Shown here: piece by piece, positions 57,370-64,000 of the stretch | Layout: each line of letters begins with the position of its first letter | Numbering within the stretch: position 1 is the first letter of the stretch | DNA from: Candidatus Levyibacteriota bacterium | Lineage (GTDB): Bacteria > Patescibacteriota > Microgenomatia > Levybacterales > UBA12049 | Reading direction: 5' to 3' | DNA length: 64,000 bases | NCBI GenBank assembly: GCA_963790825.1 | Contig: CAWBPM010000002.1 | Location: 4,721 to 68,720 of the forward strand | The notes under the pieces: model-generated | Databases searched by the model: none | Seen by the model: the letters and a program-made list of their open reading frames with translations, nothing else | What the model was told of the DNA's origin: nothing | Position numbers and translations under genes: made by a program

Positions 57370-59118
57370 ATGTCTGTATCACATCTTTTGGTAATTAATA
57401 GTATTCTTTATTCTGTTCTTTTGGGTATTGTGATTGTCTTTTATACGTATATATACCCGAAAAAGAAAATCTCATTACTTATCTTGCTTGTCCTTATAGC
57501 TCTTTTGCCTCTTCTGAGTATTATAAGATCGGGAACCTATGAAAGTGGCGATTTATCTACCCATATAATGGAATCAATATATTTTTTTAAGGTTCTTGCT
57601 CAGGGAAATTTATTTCCTATTTGGGGTGGGGAGATGAATGCTACCTATGGATATCCCGCCTTTCTTTTTACCTACCCCCTTCCATTTTATGTAACAACAG
57701 TTTTTCATTTAATGGGATTTTCTTTTATCAATAGCGTAAAGCTTTTATTAGCTGCAGCGTATCTGTCATCGGGCTTATTTATGTTTCTGTGGCTTAAAAA
57801 AGAAGTAAAAGAAAAAGCAGCCTTTGTCGGAGCGCTCTTTTATCTCTTTGCACCGTATCATTTGGTAGATCTTCATTTCAGAGCTGATGTCGGAGAAATA
57901 CTTGCATTCGTTTTTTTGCCACTTTCGCTCCTGGCAGCAAAAAATTTATTCCAAAGTGGATCGATCCGATGGTTCCTTCTTGAAGTTCTGGCACTTTCGG
58001 CACTCATACTTTCTCATCCTGCAATATCTATGGCAGGATTTCCTGTAATTCTGGTATATATTTTGGTGCTTATCGGGAATCAGCCTAAAAAGAGAAAAAT
58101 TATGTTGTTTGTGCAGGCACTTGGTTTTCTATCTGCTTTGCTCCTTACATCTTTTTATTTAGTTCCTGTGTTGGGAGAATTACGCTTTACCTTAAATCAC
58201 CACATACCAGGAAGCATTAGCTTTACTCCTTTTACAGAGCTTCTATACGCTCCTTGGCGATATGGGTTTCTTTTTCAAGGACCGAAAGGCCAACTTTCTT
58301 TTCTTTTAGGATATCCGAGTCTACTCGTTATATTTCTTGCAGTAGTCTTTCTTATTAAGAAAAAGATTTTACAATCTGAAAAAGCTCTATTCCTGGCATC
58401 ACTTGGAGTTGTCAGTGTTTCTATTTTTCTCATGCTGAATGTATCAAAACCTCTTTGGGACTTCATACCTTTATTAAAAAGTTTTCAGTTTAGTTACCGT
58501 TTATTGGGAATTACTATGTTTGCAGGATCTGTCTTAGCTGCTCTAGTAGTAAATAAGATGAAAAAAAAAGCGTTAATTTTTTGCTTATGTTTATTCGTCA
58601 TATTTTCAACGATTTTGAACTGGGGAAATAGAAAAAACATACCGGAGGTAACAGATACTATATTAGAAAATAAAATTCCTTTTACTGCAACAAACGGAGC
58701 AGGATTAGGGCAGGCTGTTCCGATGTGGGCTGATCCAAAAAATACTTGGGCAAGAGTGATTCCTACAAATCATCTTGAGGTTATACAAGGAAAGGGGTCA
58801 GTAAAAGAACTAGAGCGAGAAAATATATATCACCTCTATCAAGTTGACGCTCGCACAGAGTTACATCTTCGAGAAAACACCCAGTATTTTCCAGGCTGGA
58901 ATGTTTTCGTAGATCAAAAATTACAACAAATCCATATTCTTAACTCTTCCTCACCTAAGGGTTTGATTTCCTTCGTTGTTTCTAAAGGAAATCATAAAAT
59001 AAGTATTGTTTTTCAAGATACATTTATGGTACAAGTTGGGAAGATGATAAGTATCGGTACATTATTTTTACTTTTTATAGGAATTATCACTATACAGGTT
59101 GTGAAAATAAGAAAATAA
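57370..59118 (+). CDS. YfhO/PTPS-related multi-pass membrane protein (GT-C-like)
   Basis: SGD...H, P.W.G..N..YGYP.F.F.YPLP, FYLFAPYH, R..VGE, QF..R, YFPGW. Confidence 0.75.
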   Translation: MSVSHLLVINSILYSVLLGIVIVFYTYIYPKKKISLLILLVLIALLPLLSIIRSGTYESGDLSTHIMESIYFFKVLAQGNLFPIWGGEMNATYGYPAFLFTYPLPFYVTTVFHLMGFSFINSVKLLLAAAYLSSGLFMFLWLKKEVKEKAAFVGALFYLFAPYHLVDLHFRADVGEILAFVFLPLSLLAAKNLFQSGSIRWFLLEVLALSALILSHPAISMAGFPVILVYILVLIGNQPKKRKIMLFVQALGFLSALLLTSFYLVPVLGELRFTLNHHIPGSISFTPFTELLYAPWRYGFLFQGPKGQLSFLLGYPSLLVIFLAVVFLIKKKILQSEKALFLASLGVVSVSIFLMLNVSKPLWDFIPLLKSFQFSYRLLGITMFAGSVLAALVVNKMKKKALIFCLCLFVIFSTILNWGNRKNIPEVTDTILENKIPFTATNGAGLGQAVPMWADPKNTWARVIPTNHLEVIQGKGSVKELERENIYHLYQVDARTELHLRENTQYFPGWNVFVDQKLQQIHILNSSSPKGLISFVVSKGNHKISIVFQDTFMVQVGKMISIGTLFLLFIGIITIQVVKIRK

Positions 59119-59124
59119 TTTTAT

Positions 59125-60888
59125 ATGATTGAATTAAATAGTCCTTATCATCTCTCATATATTAATTTCTTTTTAGTTATAACCATTACCATTTGTCTCC
59201 TTATTTATCGCTTCATTTTCCCTAAAAGAAAAATACATATATTTGCGTTGCTCCTTATTATATCGGTGGTTCCTACACTCAGTATCTTTAGAGCAGGCAC
59301 GTATAGAAGTGGAGACTTAACCCCCCACTTTGTTCAATTAATTGATTTTTATAGAAATCTAAGTGAAGGGGTACTTATTCCTCGCTGGGCAGGAGATCTC
59401 TGTGGGGGTTACGGTTGTCCTGTTTATATTCTCGAATATATTTTGCCATATTATTTTGCTTCATTTTTTCACTTTATCGGGTTCTCATTTTTAACAAGTA
59501 TAAAACTTGTGTTAGTAGGTGCATTTATTACATCCGGAATAACTATGTATCTGTGGGCAAAAGAAGAATTCGGTAAAATCTCAGGATTTTTGGCAGCTAT
59601 TTTTTATCTGTTTGCACCATATCATTTAATTGATTTTCATTTTCGGGGTTCTGTTGGTGAAATTTTATCGTTTGTTTTTATCCCGATACTTTTTCTTTTT
59701 ACAAAAAAACTTATCGAGACGAATGCCAGGAAATATTTTTTTCTTGAAACATTAGCTGTTTTTTCTCTTATTCTTACACATTCAAGTACCACAATTATTT
59801 CTTTACCACTAGCTGTTTGTTATGCTGTAATTGTTTGGTTTAGAAAAAAAGATAAGTCAATAAAAGACATCGTTTTATTTTTTGCTTCTATAATCTATGG
59901 TATTTTACTTTCTACCTTTTATTGGCTTCCTGCTTTGAGAGAAGTACAATACACTTGGTGGGTTAATACAACTTTTGGTGACTTTAAGCCGATAGCAGAA
60001 TATCTCTACTCGCCTATTTTATATGGATTTTTATTTCAGGGACATCAAGGTGAATTCCGTCTGATTATTGGCTACTTTCATTTATTGGCAATTTTTTTGG
60101 CGATTTTCTTTCTTTTGAAAAATAAGATTGATAAAAATTTAAAATTTTTATTATTATTTTTACTGCTTTCTTTTTTTATTCTATTCTTTATGCTACTGTC
60201 TGTATCGAAACCGGTGTGGGAGCATATCTCGTTACTGCATACGTTTATTGTTGTCTGGCGGCTGCTTGTTCCAATTGCTTTTATTACCTCGGCGATAGCA
60301 GGCATTGTCGCGACAAAGATAAAAAATATCGTACTATTTACTCTCGTTTGTTTTCTGGTTATTGTCTCAACAATCCCTAATTGGGCTAATAGAAAAATGA
60401 TTCCTCCCCCAAAAGACCCCTTTATTCACGGGTCAGAGTTTTATACAGAATATTTTGAAAAGGGAAATCCTATTTTTGAAAAAAGTTTAAAAGAAAGTCA
60501 ATCATTAAAGATAAATAATGTTTCAAGTTCGCCTACTCAACCAATTGTATTTCTTAAAGGCGAAGGGGAGTTTGCTCAGCTAAAAAGAAAACAAATCCAA
60601 CATGAATATGTTTTATATGCAAAGAAAGATGTTGTGATTCGGGAAAATACCAATTATTTTCCCGGCTGGAAAGTAGTGGCAAATAATAAAAATATTGCTA
60701 TTAATTATAAAGATATACATAATTTAGGTAAAATTACATTCAAATTAAAAAAAGGTATTTACAAAATTGATGTGCTTTTCGTTGACACACCAGTTATTAG
60801 AACTTCTCAAGAAATAAGTGCAATAGCTTTCATAATCGGGTTATTATTTTGTATACCGATTGTAAAAACGGCTATAATAAAAAAGTAG
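59125..60888 (+). CDS. YfhO/PTPS-related multi-pass membrane protein, tandem paralog
   Basis: Same motif set: SGD..H, PRWAG...GYG.P, FYLFAPYH, RGSVGE, RENTNYFPGW. Confidence 0.75.
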   Translation: MIELNSPYHLSYINFFLVITITICLLIYRFIFPKRKIHIFALLLIISVVPTLSIFRAGTYRSGDLTPHFVQLIDFYRNLSEGVLIPRWAGDLCGGYGCPVYILEYILPYYFASFFHFIGFSFLTSIKLVLVGAFITSGITMYLWAKEEFGKISGFLAAIFYLFAPYHLIDFHFRGSVGEILSFVFIPILFLFTKKLIETNARKYFFLETLAVFSLILTHSSTTIISLPLAVCYAVIVWFRKKDKSIKDIVLFFASIIYGILLSTFYWLPALREVQYTWWVNTTFGDFKPIAEYLYSPILYGFLFQGHQGEFRLIIGYFHLLAIFLAIFFLLKNKIDKNLKFLLLFLLLSFFILFFMLLSVSKPVWEHISLLHTFIVVWRLLVPIAFITSAIAGIVATKIKNIVLFTLVCFLVIVSTIPNWANRKMIPPPKDPFIHGSEFYTEYFEKGNPIFEKSLKESQSLKINNVSSSPTQPIVFLKGEGEFAQLKRKQIQHEYVLYAKKDVVIRENTNYFPGWKVVANNKNIAINYKDIHNLGKITFKLKKGIYKIDVLFVDTPVIRTSQEISAIAFIIGLLFCIPIVKTAIIKK

Positions 60889-60905
60889 CAATTTATGAAT
60901 AATAA

Positions 60906-61835
60906 ATGAAAAGAAAAAAATTATTTACAGTCAATTGTCATTTATGTGGTAAAAATAGCTATAAGGTTTTAATTCAATCTACCCTTCTTGATAGCGATTT
61001 TAGCCATGATATAATCAAATCTGAGTTAAAAAACACACTTGCAGACTATAAAAAACATAGTAGAATAGTCAAATGTAATTACTGTGGCCTTGTTTATACG
61101 AACCCGATGGAAAATCCTCTTTCCTTGATTGAAGGATATGAAGATGTTATTGATGAAGAATACTTACTGACTGAAAAATATCGAAAAATATTATTGACCC
61201 AGCACTTACAAAATATTGAAATGTTTAAAAAAAATGGTAAAATTCTTGACATTGGTTGTTTTGCGGGATACTTTCTTGAATTGGCAAAAGAAAGAAAATG
61301 GGAAGCATACGGTATCGAGCCTTCTAAATGGGCAAGAGAACTTGCAAAAAAAAGAAAAGTAAAAATTATTTCAAAAAGTATCGAGAATGCAAAACTACCG
61401 AAAGATTATTATGATGCAATCACGATGTGGGATGTAATAGAACATTTACCGAATCCGAAAGAAGTTTTACACAAGTGTTATGAGTCGCTAAACAAGGAAG
61501 GCATTATAGCTTTAGGAACTCCCAATATTGAGTGTTTGGTAGCGAAAATAATGGGAAGCAATTATCCCTATATTCTTAGAATGCATCATGTTCTTTATTC
61601 TCCCAAAACATTGAATACTTTACTTGAGCAGATTGGTTTTAGAGCGTTAAAGGTTTATTCTTACGGAAGAACTTTCCCTATATCCTACATTATGGACAGA
61701 TTAAGAATTAATAACCCCTTGTATAATATGGGTAAAAGCATTATTAAAGCATCACCAAAAATTGCAAATCACACTATTCATTTAAACATTGGCGATTCTT
61801 TTGTTATAATTGCCAAAAAACAGATAACAGGATAA
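60906..61835 (+). CDS. class I SAM methyltransferase with N-terminal Zn ribbon
   Basis: CHLC..CNYC, LDIGC, GIEPS, DVIEHL.NP, TPN. Confidence 0.85.
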   Translation: MKRKKLFTVNCHLCGKNSYKVLIQSTLLDSDFSHDIIKSELKNTLADYKKHSRIVKCNYCGLVYTNPMENPLSLIEGYEDVIDEEYLLTEKYRKILLTQHLQNIEMFKKNGKILDIGCFAGYFLELAKERKWEAYGIEPSKWARELAKKRKVKIISKSIENAKLPKDYYDAITMWDVIEHLPNPKEVLHKCYESLNKEGIIALGTPNIECLVAKIMGSNYPYILRMHHVLYSPKTLNTLLEQIGFRALKVYSYGRTFPISYIMDRLRINNPLYNMGKSIIKASPKIANHTIHLNIGDSFVIIAKKQITG

Positions 61836-61845
61836 ATTTGATTTT

Positions 61846-62559
61846 ATGAAAAAACATGCAAATAAATCACCTCTCGTCACTATAATGATAGCTGCCCTTA
61901 ACGAAGAAAAGAATATTAAGAAAGTGGTTGATGAATGCTTAAAATTAAAAGATATCCGATTGGAAGTCCTTGTTATTCTCGATAGTAAAACTACTGATAA
62001 AACAAAAGAAGTTGCAGAAAAAGCCGGAGCACGAGTAATCAACACCGGCAGATGGAGAGGAAAAGGAGCAGCATTGCGACTTGCACAAAAATATATAAAG
62101 GGAGATTACACAGTGCAAATAGACGCTGATTATCAATTTCTTCCTCGGGATATTCCAAAATTTATCAAAGCACTTCAGGATAAATATGACGTTGTATTAG
62201 GAAGTCGATATGAAAAAGGAGCAAAAGTGGACAAGGGTTCGGTAACTCGATTGCGTCAATTCGGTATTCACTTTCTTTCTGCAGTTACGTCTCTTGCTTG
62301 TGGTCAACGTATTACTGATATGCCTGCAGGATTCAAAGCATTTAAAACAGACGTTTTGAAGGATATTAACTTATCTGTTGACCATTATGGATATGAAGCT
62401 GAAGAAATAATAAAGGCAGCAAAAAAAGGATACAAAATAACCAATGTGCCGATCGAATATAAAAAGAGAATTGAAGGAGATTCCAAACTTACTCCTTTTA
62501 AAGATGGGTTGTTATTTCTTGACACAATTATTAAGACCAGATTTTCAAGTAATCTTTAA
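61846..62559 (+). CDS. GT2 glycosyltransferase (Dpm1-like)
   Basis: ALNEE, D.T, GKG.A, IDADYQ, GSRY, TD..AGFKAF, R..GDSKL. Confidence 0.88.
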   Translation: MKKHANKSPLVTIMIAALNEEKNIKKVVDECLKLKDIRLEVLVILDSKTTDKTKEVAEKAGARVINTGRWRGKGAALRLAQKYIKGDYTVQIDADYQFLPRDIPKFIKALQDKYDVVLGSRYEKGAKVDKGSVTRLRQFGIHFLSAVTSLACGQRITDMPAGFKAFKTDVLKDINLSVDHYGYEAEEIIKAAKKGYKITNVPIEYKKRIEGDSKLTPFKDGLLFLDTIIKTRFSSNL

Positions 62560-62561
62560 AT

Positions 62562-63509
62562 ATGAAGAAAATATTAATTACAGGGGGTGCTGGTTTCTTA
62601 GGAAGTTCATTAACACGAGAACTTGTCAGGATGGGTTATCCCATTTCAGTTTTTGATAATGAGTACCGTGGTAAAGTAGACCGTTTGAAGGATATCAAAG
62701 GTGAATTTGAATTCATAAAAGGCGATATTCGAGACTTAGCAAGTGTTAGTAAAGCATGCAAAGATAAAGATATAATTTTTCACTTGGCGTATATTAATGG
62801 TACCGAATTTTTCTATACTAAACCGGAGCTTGTGCTTGAAGTCGGGTTAAAAGGAATGGTGAATGTTCTTGATGCCTGTCTCAAACATAATGTTCCAGAA
62901 ATTTTTCTTGCTTCTAGCTCAGAAGTATACAATCAACCGACAGTCATTCCAACTCCGGAAAATGTGCCGCTAATCATTCCTGATCCAAAAAATCCCCGAT
63001 TCTCTTATGGAGGGGGGAAGATTATTAGTGAATTATTGGTTCTCAATTACGGAAAGAAATATTTTAAGAGAGCAATTATTTTTCGTCCACATAACGTCTA
63101 TGGTCCAGATATGGGATTTGAACATGTCGTCCCACAATTCACTTTGAGAATGAAAAAATTGAAAAAAAAATATGGAAAATCATTTGAGTTCCCTATTCAG
63201 GGAAATGGTAAAGAAACACGGGCATACATATATATCGATGATTTTATCAAAGGACTTAGCATTCTTCTTAATAAAGGTAAACATTTGGAAATTTATAATA
63301 TAGGAACAACGAAAGAAACAAGAGTCGAATCGCTTGCATATAAAATTGGAGCACTCTTAAATTGTAAGATCAAAATTAAAACTAGTAATGTCCTTCCTGG
63401 TAGTACGACACGTCGTTGTGCTGATATCATAAAAATTACAAAACTAGGATTTAAAATAAATATTTCAATAGACGAAGGCCTTAAAAAAACAGTTGAGTGG
63501 TATGTTTAA
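62562..63509 (+). CDS. NAD-dependent nucleotide-sugar epimerase/dehydratase
   Basis: TGGAGFLGS, HLA, ASSSEVY, YGGGK, R.HNVYGP, TRAYIY.DD. Confidence 0.92.
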   Translation: MKKILITGGAGFLGSSLTRELVRMGYPISVFDNEYRGKVDRLKDIKGEFEFIKGDIRDLASVSKACKDKDIIFHLAYINGTEFFYTKPELVLEVGLKGMVNVLDACLKHNVPEIFLASSSEVYNQPTVIPTPENVPLIIPDPKNPRFSYGGGKIISELLVLNYGKKYFKRAIIFRPHNVYGPDMGFEHVVPQFTLRMKKLKKKYGKSFEFPIQGNGKETRAYIYIDDFIKGLSILLNKGKHLEIYNIGTTKETRVESLAYKIGALLNCKIKIKTSNVLPGSTTRRCADIIKITKLGFKINISIDEGLKKTVEWYV

Positions 63510-63552
63510 TATAGACAAAGTAATACATTTATTATATAAATAATACGGTCAT

Positions 63553-64000
63553 ATGAAAGATAATTTACCATACGCATTTGGAGACGGTAGCAGTGTCGTA
63601 GTCACTTCATGTCAAATTTGTCAAAATACAAATCTCCATTCAATACTTTTTCTCGGATATATGCCACCGGTTAATTCTATGCCCAAAATAAGAACTAAAC
63701 CCCAGGAACAACCAAGTTACCCAGCAGAATTATTATATTGCAACAATTGTCATCTTGTGCAAATCGGTCTTATCGTCGATCCAAAAATTTTATTTTCTAC
63801 AGAGTATCCCTACACAAGTAGTACGACAAAAGTGCTGCGGGATAATTTTGCTGAACTTTATGAGGAATGTTCTAAGCTGATCTCCTTAAAAGAGACAGAT
63901 CTTGTTATTGATATTGGTTCAAATGACGGAAATCTTTTAAAAAATTTTAAAGAGAAACATAAAGTGTTAGGAATTACTCCTGAGGATATTGGTAAGCTTG
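63553..64000 (+). CDS. NDP-sugar C-methyltransferase (NovU/TylC3-like), 3'-truncated by window edge
   Basis: Own translation: SCQIC...LFLG..PPVN...YP..L..C..C.LVQ....P..LF..YPY.SS....IDIGSNDG.LL; absent from the supplied ORF track. Confidence 0.85.
   Translation, partial: MKDNLPYAFGDGSSVVVTSCQICQNTNLHSILFLGYMPPVNSMPKIRTKPQEQPSYPAELLYCNNCHLVQIGLIVDPKILFSTEYPYTSSTTKVLRDNFAELYEECSKLISLKETDLVIDIGSNDGNLLKNFKEKHKVLGITPEDIGKL

Noticed and set aside
138-62656. Numerous short antisense or off-frame ORFs in the track (e.g. 19978..20622, 9781..10332, 43474..44016)
   Set aside because: They overlap well-supported genes and show no family motifs; treated as shadow ORFs.
1-64000. CRISPR array, transposase, integrase, reverse transcriptase, rRNA
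   Set aside because: No regularly spaced repeat-spacer pattern or recognisable motifs found by eye.
1-64000. Alternative genetic code (TGA=Gly)
   Set aside because: Conserved genes such as glmS, ftsA, ftsW and ileS end at TGA in the expected positions and long ORFs have no internal TGA.

Overview
AT-rich bacterial chromosomal segment read with the standard genetic code. It is most likely from a Patescibacteria (CPR) genome of Microgenomates type; this is inferred from a MurE lacking its N-terminal domain, a membrane-anchored MurF-like protein, a GVHH-type IleRS, DUF5671, many GT-C proteins and an absence of Shine-Dalgarno motifs. Layout: 1-4.5 kb, glucan phosphorylase end plus small housekeeping genes; 4.5-21.7 kb, a division/cell-wall cluster (murE-pgeF-murC-murB-murA-glmU(N-terminal only)-GNAT-HAD-glmS-murF-like-mraY-ftsW-murG-ftsQ-ftsA-ftsZ); 21.8-42 kb, accessory genes (idi, SGNH, acyltransferase-3, TspO, GT2/GT-C, orphan fabF, NRAMP, beta-CASP) with several gene remnants; 42.3-48.9 kb, ileS-rodA-rplU-rpmA-parB, lepB and tRNA-Val(CAC); 49-64 kb, a surface-glycan locus. 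Main observations: (1) a tightly coupled glmU(uridylyltransferase only)-GNAT-HAD-glmS module suggesting a non-canonical, eukaryote/mimivirus-like route to UDP-GlcNAc; (2) intact-frame but apparently catalytically degenerate MurB and MurF; (3) a family of small hairpin elements inserted frame-neutrally, with 15-19 bp duplications, at the glmS start and inside ileS. All functional calls come from motif recognition by eye; no searches were run.
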